Virus record (IMG/VR): IMGVR_UViG_3300023179_000009
Span: 186,001 to 250,000 of that record
Reading direction: 5' to 3' (one strand)
DNA length: 64,000 nt
Shown here: positions 1-10,054 of the stretch, one piece after another
Layout of the letters: each line of letters opens with the position of its first letter
Position numbering within the stretch: position 1 is the first letter of the stretch
Program-made: the position numbers and the translations under genes
Notes under the pieces: generated by a model
The model's input: the letters and a program-made list of their open reading frames with translations, nothing else
Told to the model about the DNA's origin: nothing
The model's database searches: none

Positions 1-1
1 A

Positions 2-265
2 ATTATATTAAATGAGTTTAACAAAGATGACAAAAGATCTAAAATAATTTGCCCAAAAACCGAAAACAGCATTCGAGAAGTTGCACAAATAATATCTGAT
101 AACTTTAATTATAAAGATAAAATTGTTTTTGATTCAACAAAATCAGATGGGCAATTCAAAAAAACGGCCGCATGTGATATAAATTATAATTTTACAAAAA
201 TTGAAGATGGGATAAAAGAAACCGTAGATTGGTTTAATAAAAATTATTTACAAGCTCGAAAGTGA
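2..265 (+). CDS. fcl: GDP-L-fucose synthase, C-terminal fragment (runs off left edge)
   Basis: Frame 2 translated by hand: ...IVFDSTKSDGQFKKTA...IKETVDWFNKNYLQARK*, a typical Fcl/FX C-terminus; TGA overlaps the next start. Confidence 0.8.
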   Translation: MILNEFNKDDKRSKIICPKTENSIREVAQIISDNFNYKDKIVFDSTKSDGQFKKTAACDINYNFTKIEDGIKETVDWFNKNYLQARK

Positions 266-789
266 ACCGCATGAAAAAAACATTGATTAAAGAAATTAAA
301 GATGCTTTCATTTTAGAAATAGAAAAGCACGAAGATAATCGTGGGTATTTTCAAGAGACATTCTCTGTATACAAATACATCACGGAGTGTTGGCGTCCAG
401 CACAAGTAAACGTAAGTTCTTCTAAAAAAAATGTAGTAAGAGGTTTGCACATTGCTCCTTTTAGTAAATTATGCACGTGCATTCGTGGAAAATTATTTGA
501 TGTGGTTGCGGATTGTAGAAGAAATTCTTCAACATTTGGTAGTTGGTTTGGGATTTGGTTAGATGAAAATTGCAATAAACAAATATATGTGCCAGCGGGA
601 TGCGCTCACGGCTTTTACTCAGCAGAGGACGATACTATTTTGCTTTATCAGCAAGATTTTCCTTATACTCCAAGCATTGAAAAGCAAATACACTGGAAAG
701 ATCCTCTGTTTTCTATAGAATGGCCAAACGCAGACAATTATATATTATCTGATAAAGATGCCAACGCTGGAGTTTATGATGTTAATTAG
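262..789 (+). CDS. rmlC: dTDP-4-dehydrorhamnose 3,5-epimerase
   Basis: DNRGYFQE, SKKNVVRGLH, DVVADCR, VPAGCAHGF, LSDKD motifs. Confidence 0.92.
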   Translation: MNRMKKTLIKEIKDAFILEIEKHEDNRGYFQETFSVYKYITECWRPAQVNVSSSKKNVVRGLHIAPFSKLCTCIRGKLFDVVADCRRNSSTFGSWFGIWLDENCNKQIYVPAGCAHGFYSAEDDTILLYQQDFPYTPSIEKQIHWKDPLFSIEWPNADNYILSDKDANAGVYDVN

Positions 790-1240
790 AAAAATTGATC
801 ATATTGATTTAAAAGAAATTGAAGAATTGGCAAATAACACCTATCCGGATAATTTTTTTGAATCAGCCGAATCTTTTAGTTCTAAAATTCTAGGATTTCC
901 AGACGGTTGTTTTGTTTGTGAAGTTGACAAAAAATTAGTTGGATACGTTGTTAGTTTCCCGTCTCGAATAAATTTCGTTGAACCTTTGAACAAGATTTAC
1001 AAAAAGTGCGAAAACGCAAATTGCCACTATATTCACGACGTTTGTGTTAATTCAAATTTTAGAAAAATGGGCGTAGCGAATAACTTATTGAAAAAAATAT
1101 TTGATAAATTTTTTGTTGATTTTGCTCTTGTGGCCGTAATGGGATCAGCAAGTTTTTGGCAAAAATTTGGATTTGAAGTTGTCCAGCAGATCGATTATTA
1201 TAATTCACAGGCCCACTATATGGTTAAAAAACATGGCTAA
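776..1240 (+). CDS. GNAT family N-acetyltransferase
   Basis: HDVCVNSNFRKMGVA acetyl-CoA motif A; FWQKFGF motif B. Confidence 0.85.
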   Translation: MMLIRKIDHIDLKEIEELANNTYPDNFFESAESFSSKILGFPDGCFVCEVDKKLVGYVVSFPSRINFVEPLNKIYKKCENANCHYIHDVCVNSNFRKMGVANNLLKKIFDKFFVDFALVAVMGSASFWQKFGFEVVQQIDYYNSQAHYMVKKHG

Positions 1241-1604
1241 AAATAATTGTGTTTGCTCTATATGCGGACAGCAAATGGATTTAATTGTATTAAGCCACAA
1301 AAATAAGCCTTTTGTGGATGGAAATTGTTATCCAAAAATTTGCTTTGGTTGTTTTCAAGTTCCAAAACAATTTATAGATTCTTATGACCAAGAGGGATTT
1401 TTAACCTCCCAAGAAGGTCCATTTTATAGTTATAAAGTTTTACACTCTCCGCAAGAACTTGTTGATATCGGATCTGCCGACAATTTGAAACAAGCAAAAA
1501 TTTGTGTTCGTGCGGTAAAAGAAGCAATCAAAAAATCTGATTTGAGCAAACTCAAAAAAACACAATTAAAAAAACCACAACCCGATTTTGAATTAAATGA
1601 TTGA
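1233..1604 (+). CDS. hypothetical protein with two CxxC pairs
   Basis: ORF coupled to upstream gene; CSIC...CFGC. Confidence 0.6.
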   Translation: MAKNNCVCSICGQQMDLIVLSHKNKPFVDGNCYPKICFGCFQVPKQFIDSYDQEGFLTSQEGPFYSYKVLHSPQELVDIGSADNLKQAKICVRAVKEAIKKSDLSKLKKTQLKKPQPDFELND

Positions 1605-1741
1605 CTATAAATATTTTTGTTATTAAAATAGAATTATGCATAATTTTGTTTTTTTAATCTTCTTACTTTTACTTATTTTTGTTTTTCTTATTGCTGTTCT
1701 TTTTTGGGGGTTTTTATTTTTTGAATCGTTAAAGAATTTTT

Positions 1742-2008
1742 GTGAGCAAAATGAAAATAGAAAAAACAAAAAAAGTAAAAACAGTCGATGAAATAATTTG
1801 TGATATTTGCGGCTGTTCTTGCAAAGATATAAATTGCGGAAACGAATATGCTTTTTTAATGGCCGACTGGGGCTATGCATCTAAAAAAGATGGAGCAAAA
1901 TATGATATTCATTTTTGCGAAAATTGCTTTGATGAAACAATAAGATTTTTAAAAAATAAAAGAACAAGCCAACACAAACCCGATCCGCTAGAACCAAATT
2001 TTGAATAA
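1742..2008 (+). CDS. hypothetical phage zinc-ribbon protein
   Basis: CDIC...WGYASKKDG...FCENC. Confidence 0.65.
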   Translation: MSKMKIEKTKKVKTVDEIICDICGCSCKDINCGNEYAFLMADWGYASKKDGAKYDIHFCENCFDETIRFLKNKRTSQHKPDPLEPNFE

Positions 2009-2292
2009 TGTTAAACAAGAGTACATTTGAAACCGAAGATTCTTTTTTTGATCTTTTTTACAATGAAAATATTTCTAATCATTGCTTTTTGTTAAAAATA
2101 CAAACTGGCTGGAGTGAAACTTCTTATGTAAACATTAGTTTGAATAAAAAAGAAATGAAAGGATTGGCAGATTTTTTTAACAAATTTGTTGAAAATACAA
2201 AAAAAAAGAAAAAAATTAAAATCAAAAAAAGAGACCCAGCAAGAAACAACAAAAGAATATCTTTGAGGAGAAAAAATGAAAAAAACCCGTGA
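2008..2292 (+). CDS. hypothetical protein
   Basis: ORF track, translationally coupled. Confidence 0.55.
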   Translation: MLNKSTFETEDSFFDLFYNENISNHCFLLKIQTGWSETSYVNISLNKKEMKGLADFFNKFVENTKKKKKIKIKKRDPARNNKRISLRRKNEKNP

Positions 2293-2890
2293 GCAAATTA
2301 TTGAATCTATGTGCCTTACCTGGAGACACGATTTCAACTTAATGAGATCTCCGGAGAACAAGTTTTCTGGTATGACCATAGAAGAACGTGAGTTTTTGTA
2401 TAAACAAATGTCTCAGGTTTTTGATAATGTAATTTCTAAAATTTTAAAAGAATTACAACAAGAGAACAAAAATTTAGAAGATTATGTATTAAAATTATCT
2501 TTAAATAAAAATTATCTCGGAGAATGTAAAAGTTTTAGCTACAATAACCCGATCTCAGAAAAATTAAAAAATTTAAGTAGCAGTTGTTCCCAAATTAAAA
2601 ACTCAGTAAACTCTGTCTATGATGTATTGTCATGCAAAAACAAAAACAAAGATGAACACAAACAATGCTTTAAATCGAAAGCAGAAGTACCGAGCGACTT
2701 TAAACAACTACAGGTTGGCGTTAGATTTTTGCACAAGCCCAATACTTATCTTAAAGATTTGATAGAAAGTGTTATTGAAGAGTGGTCTCCATCTAAGAAT
2801 TACATAAAATTAAAAAACGTAGGCTGGATTGAATTTGATCAATTTTCAAAGTATAATATAGTTGAGATACTAAGTTGCCAGGAAAAATAA
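2276..2890 (+). CDS. hypothetical protein
   Basis: GAGGAG SD, 204 aa ORF. Confidence 0.65.
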   Translation: MKKTREQIIESMCLTWRHDFNLMRSPENKFSGMTIEEREFLYKQMSQVFDNVISKILKELQQENKNLEDYVLKLSLNKNYLGECKSFSYNNPISEKLKNLSSSCSQIKNSVNSVYDVLSCKNKNKDEHKQCFKSKAEVPSDFKQLQVGVRFLHKPNTYLKDLIESVIEEWSPSKNYIKLKNVGWIEFDQFSKYNIVEILSCQEK

Positions 2891-2891
2891 A

Positions 2892-3644
2892 ATGTTTTAC
2901 AGGAACCGACTTCACCATTGGACTTGTGGCAAATTTGCTGATTGGGTGCGAGGAGAAAAGAAGCCATATGCTTTGACTTTAGAAGAATGGGATGATTGGG
3001 AAGAAAAACAAAAAAAACAAAGACCAATAAGATTTTGGTTAGCGGATACTTTTTTAAGAAAATTACAAAATTTTTTTTGTTTTCCATTAGATGTTTATAA
3101 AAATATTCGTTGCTATTTTCGTAATAGGTTTATCGATAAAACTCATTACCTAAAAACTGGTCTTGAACCAGGAAATTATTATGATTTAGACCATAGAATC
3201 CTTCATGGTTTGTTCAATGAATTGGTCGAGTTTGTTGAATGCGACTGCGCTTTAATGCAGGACGATAGAAATAAAAATTACCAATTTGTTAAAGGCAGAT
3301 GCATCGAAGCTGGTTTAGATTATTTGGGTTGGGCTTCTAATTTGACTTATGAGGATTGTGGTTTTAATCAAGAGAAAGAATCACAAGTTGCCAAAGAACT
3401 TACACCTCAAGCAAAGTCCGCAATAGAAATATTAAAAATTTATCATTGGTGGAAAAACAGACCCAATCGAAAAGAACCAATGGAAGAAAGCGGTTGGTCA
3501 AAAATATGTGAAACCAAAAACCCAGATCCGCAAGAAAAAGATATTGCTTTTAATAAATTACAAGAACTTGAAAATCAAATGGATCAAGAAGATGAAGATA
3601 TGTTAATTAGTTTAATTAAGGTAAGAAAGAGTTTATGGACTTAA
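2892..3644 (+). CDS. hypothetical phage protein
   Basis: 250 aa ORF in operon. Confidence 0.7.
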   Translation: MFYRNRLHHWTCGKFADWVRGEKKPYALTLEEWDDWEEKQKKQRPIRFWLADTFLRKLQNFFCFPLDVYKNIRCYFRNRFIDKTHYLKTGLEPGNYYDLDHRILHGLFNELVEFVECDCALMQDDRNKNYQFVKGRCIEAGLDYLGWASNLTYEDCGFNQEKESQVAKELTPQAKSAIEILKIYHWWKNRPNRKEPMEESGWSKICETKNPDPQEKDIAFNKLQELENQMDQEDEDMLISLIKVRKSLWT

Positions 3645-3744
3645 ATTGGATCAAGGCTATAATATCAATAGCATTCGAATGCTCTGTGTTCTTGGCGATA
3701 GCTTTTTTGATTTTTTATTTTTTTAAAATTTGAATAAATTTATC

Positions 3745-5015
3745 GTCAATTACCCACCCCCTAAAGGGAGTGGGCTTGTAAATCACCGGAGCCTTCTCCA
3801 CAGTGTCTACTATAAGCCAATTGACACATGGCTCGTTCCTCAACAGCTTGCCGTTGAAGAAGCGACCGGAGTGCTACATTTTTAGCACCGACACGGTCTG
3901 CGTTGTCCGAGAACTTGCAGGCAACGCACCGAAAAACCAGTCCATTTCGGTTGGACTTATCAACACAACCACAACAAGGACAACCCCTGCTCGTATTTTT
4001 TGCAGGAACATTGTCAACGGTTATCCCAACAGAATTAGCCTTGTATGTGACAAAAAACTCAAGCATAAAGTAGGGCCACCTGTTATTCCTTGATCTCTGC
4101 TTGTGGTGTTGTTTTTTGTTTTCCTTGGTAAATTTCTGTTTGAAGCCGGTCAACTTTTCCAATGTTATGGTTCTTGCATCGTTCAAACTTGCAAAATTAA
4201 CCAATTGCTTACTTGCAATGTGTAATATATTCTGTGTTACGGCTTTTTCTCTTCCGCTTAACCGCTTTAGTAAACGGCGTGCTGAACGAGTGCCAACACT
4301 GGCTACTTTTGCTCTTGTTTGTCTGATGCAAAGTCTTTTGTGATTTAGTTCACCTCCCTTGATGTAAAGTGTCTTGTTTGAATTAGGGTCTATTGCAACG
4401 AGTATGTTTTTCTGTCCACGGTCAACCCCAATTATTCCGCCTTCAACTCTTGGTTCAACTTGGTCAATTTCAACTGTCAAGCACAACCACCATTGACCTT
4501 TACTGAATTTCAACTTTGAGTCACTCCATTTGCCTTTAGGAAGCGGTCGTGACTTGTAGGAAACCAGTTCGCCCCAGATGCTCATTCCCTTTTTTCTGAT
4601 GTTGAAATCCCGTTTCCAGCAAAGTGGCAAACTTGTCTTGTTGTATGTCGCAAGGCTCCAATTCTTGTTGCTTTTCATGCTTCTGTATGTTCCAACCACA
4701 TGGCGGAACAAGGAGCAAGTCAATTGGCTGGGAAGATTGAATTTTTCTCTCACCATGCCGTAGAACTCTTTGCTCAATTGACCCGGAGTGTTGACTTTCT
4801 TGCGAGAATAGATTATCTTAGACAGCCAGTTTGCGGCATCCTTGTAGGATTCGGCGTATTGGCTGAACTTGGAATGCTCGCTTGTTATTTTGAGTTTGTA
4901 TGTTCGCAAAACTTTCATACAAACTTATATAGTAAGTTTGTGACGAAAATTATTAGGGAGGTAACGGCAATTCCTCCCAGCCCCTAAAGGGACTGGGTTT
5001 CCTTGCCGGATTCAG
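3745..5015 (-). mobile_element. IS200/IS605-family tnpB-only element (IS1341-like)
   Basis: Subterminal hairpins at 3753-3776 and 4976-5000. On the minus strand the right end finishes in TGAC with guide CAAG, and the left end follows TCAT with guide GAAA, both fitting IS608-type guide/cleavage pairing. No tnpA. Confidence 0.85.
3761..4918 (-). CDS. tnpB: TnpB RNA-guided endonuclease
   Basis: RuvC D (GVDRG), E (LEKL), D (NADRVGA) intact; zinc finger CPCC...CVAC. Confidence 0.93.
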   Translation of the reverse strand: MKVLRTYKLKITSEHSKFSQYAESYKDAANWLSKIIYSRKKVNTPGQLSKEFYGMVREKFNLPSQLTCSLFRHVVGTYRSMKSNKNWSLATYNKTSLPLCWKRDFNIRKKGMSIWGELVSYKSRPLPKGKWSDSKLKFSKGQWWLCLTVEIDQVEPRVEGGIIGVDRGQKNILVAIDPNSNKTLYIKGGELNHKRLCIRQTRAKVASVGTRSARRLLKRLSGREKAVTQNILHIASKQLVNFASLNDARTITLEKLTGFKQKFTKENKKQHHKQRSRNNRWPYFMLEFFVTYKANSVGITVDNVPAKNTSRGCPCCGCVDKSNRNGLVFRCVACKFSDNADRVGAKNVALRSLLQRQAVEERAMCQLAYSRHCGEGSGDLQAHSL

Positions 5016-5285
5016 ATGAAAATTAAAAAAATTGAATCAGGGACGGTCGTGGTTTTTGATGAAAATTTAATTAATTCTTTTGTTTGGAATCGAATGTCAC
5101 AAGAAGAAAAAGTTAAAAATTATGGGTTCTTAGGATACAGATCTGACAAGATCAAAAGATTCGTTTTTTTGTGCGAAATCAAAAATGCCCCCGGTCATTG
5201 CGTTATAGTTGATCTTGAAACCCAAAAATTGTTAACCATGATACACACAAATATATTAAGGGAAGTGAAACCGGAAGAATTTTGA
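5016..5285 (+). CDS. hypothetical protein
   Basis: 89 aa ORF starting exactly at the IS boundary. Confidence 0.65.
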   Translation: MKIKKIESGTVVVFDENLINSFVWNRMSQEEKVKNYGFLGYRSDKIKRFVFLCEIKNAPGHCVIVDLETQKLLTMIHTNILREVKPEEF

Positions 5286-5896
5286 TAATGTTAAAGTTGA
5301 AAAAACAAAAACACAACGCAGTTCTAGTATCAGCCGATTCTCAAGAAGAATTGGCTGACTCTTTTATGAGATTTCAAGAGCATTATGAAAACCCATATTG
5401 GGCCGGAAAAATCTTCACTGTTGGACAAGTAAAAAAATGGTATTCTGAGCGGTATGGCGCAGACACTTATCGTTTTGATTGGCACGGGTTTAACTTTCCT
5501 AGTTTTGTCTTAGAATCTTTTAAAGAAGGTCTCTTCGACCCACTGACGGAAAATGAACAGCGAATTTTGAGTTTTTTTAAATATCGAAATGACGATTTTT
5601 ATATCATAGGCTCAAATACTGATGATGTTTTAAAACACGAATTGAACCATGCTCTTTTTTACACAAACAAAGATTACAAAAAACAAGTTGATGGTTTGAT
5701 AGATTCTAACAAGAAACACTTGAAAAAAGCATTTGATCATATCTTAAAACTGGGGTATCATAAAAAAGTGTTAAATGATGAACTACAGGCTTATTGCTTA
5801 GATGAGGGTTATTTCGAAAAACATAATATTGAAATACCTTTGAGTTTTATTTCGAAACTCAAAGGTATAAACAAAACATGCTCACGTTCAAAGTAA
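5282..5896 (+). CDS. hypothetical protein with HExxH (zincin-like) motif
   Basis: LKHELNHA...DELQAY. Confidence 0.55.
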   Translation: MIMLKLKKQKHNAVLVSADSQEELADSFMRFQEHYENPYWAGKIFTVGQVKKWYSERYGADTYRFDWHGFNFPSFVLESFKEGLFDPLTENEQRILSFFKYRNDDFYIIGSNTDDVLKHELNHALFYTNKDYKKQVDGLIDSNKKHLKKAFDHILKLGYHKKVLNDELQAYCLDEGYFEKHNIEIPLSFISKLKGINKTCSRSK

Positions 5897-5982
5897 TCAC
5901 GGCTTTCGCTTGTCTTTTTTTTGTTGTTGAGAATAGCCATAGAATATGTTGTGATCAATTACTTTACGGACCAATTTTAATA

Positions 5983-6642
5983 ATGAAAGACTTTTTTTAC
6001 AAGCCAATAAAAATACAAGACAAAGAAGACAATATCTTCTTTTGGTCCGATATGCACTTGGGTCATCGTTGCGTTCATTGGGATAATCCCTTATACAAAC
6101 AAAGAGGGTTTAACACGGTGGAGGAACACGACGCTACTCTTGTAAAAAGATGGAACGAAACAGTATCTTTCGATTCTATTGTTTTTAATCTTGGTGATAT
6201 GCTTTTTGGCAACAATGGATTTCAAAGATTGATTAATTATTTTGAAATGTTAAATTTTAAAACTATGTATTTGCTGTTTGGCAATCACACGGCTGGAACA
6301 AAGCAAGTTTTTGAAAGTATCGAAGGAAATGTTTTTGATGTGAACTCTGAGAAACAAGTTATATTTTGCCCAAATTATGTTGAGTTTTTTATCAATGGTT
6401 TTCCTTGTGCATTGAGTCATTATGCAATTGCTTCTTTTAACGGCCAAAGCAAAGGTGGCTTTATGATACATGGCCACTCTCATGGAAATTTGTACAAGTC
6501 TGAATTGGGAAAAACTCTTTATCAGGCTAGAATAATCGATGTTGGAGTAGAAAACTGTTCGCATCCTATTTCATTTCATCAAATAAAAAGTAAATTTAAA
6601 GACAAACCCGTAAGTTTCGATCATCACGGAGAAGGAACTTGA
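5983..6642 (+). CDS. calcineurin-like metallophosphoesterase
   Basis: SDMHLGH, LGD, GNH, HGHSH, DVGV motifs. Confidence 0.9.
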   Translation: MKDFFYKPIKIQDKEDNIFFWSDMHLGHRCVHWDNPLYKQRGFNTVEEHDATLVKRWNETVSFDSIVFNLGDMLFGNNGFQRLINYFEMLNFKTMYLLFGNHTAGTKQVFESIEGNVFDVNSEKQVIFCPNYVEFFINGFPCALSHYAIASFNGQSKGGFMIHGHSHGNLYKSELGKTLYQARIIDVGVENCSHPISFHQIKSKFKDKPVSFDHHGEGT

Positions 6643-6848
6643 AAAAAATAATCATAATTTTTGCACTATCTGGTTGTTCTCAACCAGATGCGATTCAATT
6701 AAAAAAATATGCCGTTGTCTCTGTATTCAACGAAACAGTTTTAGAAACGGAGAACAAATCTGAGGCTTACGAAACAGCCCACAATCTCACTTTAATGGGT
6801 CGGGTCTTCTCCTCAAAGCCTGTTTATTTTGTTAAAGAAAAAAAGTGA
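6639..6848 (+). CDS. small putative lipoprotein
   Basis: MKKIIIIFALSGC lipobox-like N-terminus. Confidence 0.5.
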   Translation: MKKIIIIFALSGCSQPDAIQLKKYAVVSVFNETVLETENKSEAYETAHNLTLMGRVFSSKPVYFVKEKK

Positions 6849-6858
6849 AATATTTTTC

Positions 6859-6886
6859 TTGATTGTTTTCCAACCGATTGTAAAAT
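6859..6886 (+). promoter_or_regulatory. sigma70-like promoter feeding a leaderless gene at 6893
   Basis: TTGATT-16 nt-TAAAAT, ATG 6 nt downstream. Confidence 0.5.
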
Positions 6887-6892
6887 GTTTGT

Positions 6893-7420
6893 ATGAGTAG
6901 AAGAACTAAAAAAATTGTCGGCATGGTCAACTTTCCTGTTGACTCAGAAGAATACAAATGTTCCAACGAAGGTGGAATGTTTGTTGAATTGTGGGTCGTT
7001 GAACAAGATTTTATGGAATGCGGTGCTTGTTGCGGCTACGGTAACATCACAAGCCACTATGCCGAATCTCTAGTAGGAACAGAGCAAAAGCCCAACCACG
7101 ATAATTATAGCCAAATGAATGAAGAGGAATTATCTAAAGTTTTCGAGAACAATGTTGGACAACGATTCTTTTTAGAAGAAGAACTGTTTCCGTTCATGCA
7201 CAACAGCAAAGAAGAAAATGTTGAAAGATATCAATCATTACCACTTCTTGCTTGCATCACAATGGGCAGCACCGGATGGAGTGGGTACGGAGGGAAACAC
7301 CAAGATTATTGGCGTTGTCAATATAAAGATCTAAACGAAAGTGGTAAACTTGTTTACGACACGCTCAAAAAACAATATCCTAAAGCCGAGTTGTTGTTGG
7401 TTACTTGGCTAGATACTTAG
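6893..7420 (+). CDS. hypothetical protein
   Basis: 175 aa ORF. Confidence 0.65.
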   Translation: MSRRTKKIVGMVNFPVDSEEYKCSNEGGMFVELWVVEQDFMECGACCGYGNITSHYAESLVGTEQKPNHDNYSQMNEEELSKVFENNVGQRFFLEEELFPFMHNSKEENVERYQSLPLLACITMGSTGWSGYGGKHQDYWRCQYKDLNESGKLVYDTLKKQYPKAELLLVTWLDT

Positions 7421-7430
7421 GAGAAACATT

Positions 7431-8117
7431 ATGGGAATGTTTGATTATATTAAAATAGATGAATCTATTCATTTACCTCTACCAGAGGAAATGAAGAAAT
7501 TTAATATTGAGTTTCAAACAAAGTCTCTCGACAATTCCATGTCCACTTATCTTATAGCAGATGATCGCAATTTGTATGAATTAGATGCACTTTGGGATTG
7601 TGAAAAGAAATCAAACGAACCAGTTAAAAAAATAAATCTTCAATATCATGGGAAAATAAGATTTTACGCATACGAACAAACAGACACTTTGGATTTTTGC
7701 GCAGATTTTGAAGCCAAGTTCACAGATGGGGTTTTATATGCGATAAATTTAATAGATTATAAAAAAATTGAACACGAATCTATTAAATTAAAGATGCAAA
7801 AATTCTTAGAAAAAGATAAAAAAGAACGCAATAAAATATCTTATAGATTTAAAAAATTCATTAAAAACAAAACTCTTTCTATATTTAAAATAAAATCTAA
7901 TCAACTAAGATTTACCTCACCAGAGGTTCTTTTATTTTTTTCAAAGCCAAGAGAAAAAGAAAATAATTATGGTTTGTATTTTAATAAAATCGACACAGGT
8001 TTTAAGTTTACAAAAACAGATTTCTATATGGAAGTAAAAATGCAAGTTTTAGGATTTGGTTTTATTTTTCAAAAATTTAATCTCGACCAACCCTCTTTAG
8101 ATGCGGGGTCGAAATGA
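7431..8117 (+). CDS. hypothetical phage protein (MGMFDYI...FQTKSLD type)
   Basis: AGGAG SD; N-terminus of a type common in phage hypotheticals. Confidence 0.7.
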   Translation: MGMFDYIKIDESIHLPLPEEMKKFNIEFQTKSLDNSMSTYLIADDRNLYELDALWDCEKKSNEPVKKINLQYHGKIRFYAYEQTDTLDFCADFEAKFTDGVLYAINLIDYKKIEHESIKLKMQKFLEKDKKERNKISYRFKKFIKNKTLSIFKIKSNQLRFTSPEVLLFFSKPREKENNYGLYFNKIDTGFKFTKTDFYMEVKMQVLGFGFIFQKFNLDQPSLDAGSK

Positions 8118-9007
8118 TTAAATTTTTAGTATCCTCAGTGGCAGCAACCACATGTTCAATTGTTATTGCTATGTGTGTGTTGTTTATTTTGGGTCTTATT
8201 GTAAATTTATTTAAATTAAATTATGGTCGAGATGCCTATTGGGTTTTTTCCGCTTCTTTTATCGCAATGATAATAGTCTGGGTGGTTTGTTTTGGTTTTT
8301 TTATGAGTGAAGAAAAAATAAGACCAATGCCACAAGACTCGCCGCCAGTGTTAATTCCAAAAACTAGAAAAAAATTACCTGAACCTATTAGTTATCTTTC
8401 TTCAAAAGTCAACGGAACCGTTCAAAGCATTCATATTGGAGGAAGAAGAGAAATTGTTCCTGTAGTTCAAGTTGAGTTAACAAGATATTTTCATGAAGAA
8501 AATTTATGGGTGTTGGGTGGAGGTACTCCAAACGGAGGAATAATTCAACCAATAGGTAGAAAAAATTACTTTATGCCTGTATTGAGTGGAAATTTAGACT
8601 TTAATTGGAAGGTCTCCAAACCACCTGTTACGCAGTTGTTTGAAGCATCGCATTTGGAAAATGATGAAGATGGTGAGACTAAGGCTTGGAGTGAATTTAG
8701 AGTTGCAAATATAATTTTCAAAGACGAGGAGCCTGTTTCTTTACTATTTAAACATTATGCATATGAAGATGGCAAGTGGAGTGAAATTGCCGGTTACGAA
8801 GCATTTTTTGACGGAAAAGGAATGAGGACTCCGGACGATCCTGTTGTTAAAAGAGAGAATAAAGTTTTTGAACACCCGTTATTCACAGAGCATGCTAAAA
8901 AATGTAAACAATGCTCGGTTAAAGCAATCTCTGGGGAAGATGGCCCAGTGCATCTATGTGAAAAGGGTTTTAAATTACTTCAACAAGATGCAATAAACGA
9001 TCAATGA
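8114..9007 (+). CDS. hypothetical membrane protein (2 N-terminal TM helices)
   Basis: Hydrophobic N-terminal segments. Confidence 0.65.
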   Translation: MIKFLVSSVAATTCSIVIAMCVLFILGLIVNLFKLNYGRDAYWVFSASFIAMIIVWVVCFGFFMSEEKIRPMPQDSPPVLIPKTRKKLPEPISYLSSKVNGTVQSIHIGGRREIVPVVQVELTRYFHEENLWVLGGGTPNGGIIQPIGRKNYFMPVLSGNLDFNWKVSKPPVTQLFEASHLENDEDGETKAWSEFRVANIIFKDEEPVSLLFKHYAYEDGKWSEIAGYEAFFDGKGMRTPDDPVVKRENKVFEHPLFTEHAKKCKQCSVKAISGEDGPVHLCEKGFKLLQQDAINDQ

Positions 9008-9150
9008 AAACATTATTCATTTACTTGGCTGTTGCTCCTTGGTTTTTAGGATCTGTTGTTTCTTTTTTGTTGTTTGTTTATAATTTGTATGAGTTAATTT
9101 ACTATCTTCTCCATCCAGAAATTAAAACTATTGATGTTGGACCAAAATGA
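9004..9150 (+). CDS. small membrane protein (48 aa, not in ORF track)
   Basis: MKTLFIYLAVAPWFLGSVV...GPK*, ATGA overlaps at both ends. Confidence 0.55.
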   Translation: MKTLFIYLAVAPWFLGSVVSFLLFVYNLYELIYYLLHPEIKTIDVGPK

Positions 9151-9332
9151 TTGTAGAATTTTTTGGAGGTATTAAAGATGGGGAATTTCTTTATTTGCCT
9201 AATTTAGAAAAGATTTTGAGTTTTTCAAGTTTTGATTCTATATCGATGAAAGAGAGAAAACATGAGTACGGGCTTGTAGAAGATTGTGATTTAATTTACT
9301 ATCGTTTTTTGGACACGAAAGAAAAAAATTAA
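9147..9332 (+). CDS. hypothetical protein
   Basis: FFGGIKDG motif, coupled ORF. Confidence 0.55.
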   Translation: MIVEFFGGIKDGEFLYLPNLEKILSFSSFDSISMKERKHEYGLVEDCDLIYYRFLDTKEKN

Positions 9333-9449
9333 TGAGCGAAGACCACTTGCTTTGGTTGTGTATTCTTGTTTGGTATTTGTATGTTGATTCTTGGGACACT
9401 GCTTTCCGATTAAGGGGCATTTATAGGAGACTTGAGAAATTAGAAAATC

Positions 9450-9830
9450 ATGAAGAATAAAAAACAAAAATTCAATTGCGATGTTAATGGCGGCATTATG
9501 GTTGTTGGTGCTCTAAGGTACGCTTTAGGTCGCCACACTTATGTTCCAAAGGCAACCCAAGATTGGGTCACCGAGAACTGGGAAAGTTTAGACACTAAAA
9601 CAAAATGTGTTATTGTTCGTGATGTCCTAGAACATCTTTACGACGAAAATAAAAAATCTCAATCCCCAATAACCGATATTGATGTAAAAGATTGGCAAAA
9701 ATTTGCTATCGAAAGATACTCCGCACTAAATTACGAAGAACGCAAATACGTTGATCAAAGCACGAAACAGCGAGAGGATATGTTTCTTTGGTTTGAAAAA
9801 TTTTTTTACGGTTCAAAAATTAAAGTTTAA
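9450..9830 (+). CDS. hypothetical phage protein
   Basis: ALRYALGRHTY motif. Confidence 0.65.
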   Translation: MKNKKQKFNCDVNGGIMVVGALRYALGRHTYVPKATQDWVTENWESLDTKTKCVIVRDVLEHLYDENKKSQSPITDIDVKDWQKFAIERYSALNYEERKYVDQSTKQREDMFLWFEKFFYGSKIKV

Positions 9831-9835
9831 TTTTT

Positions 9836-10054
9836 ATGGTACTTTTTATAGATTATTTATTTTTTGTTTTGGGTTTATTTTTTGTTTTTAAAATATTTCC
9901 AATTTTTATTCCTGGATTGGTGGGTGAAAAGTATTGTTGGTTAGTTTATGGTGATCCGAGGGGCATGGTGTTTGCTTATTTTGTACAATGGTTGTTTTTG
10001 GAATTACTAATTGGTTTAATTTTTGTTGTAATTTCAAAATGGGTAATTGCGTAA
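9836..10054 (+). CDS. small membrane protein
   Basis: Two hydrophobic segments. Confidence 0.5.
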   Translation: MVLFIDYLFFVLGLFFVFKIFPIFIPGLVGEKYCWLVYGDPRGMVFAYFVQWLFLELLIGLIFVVISKWVIA

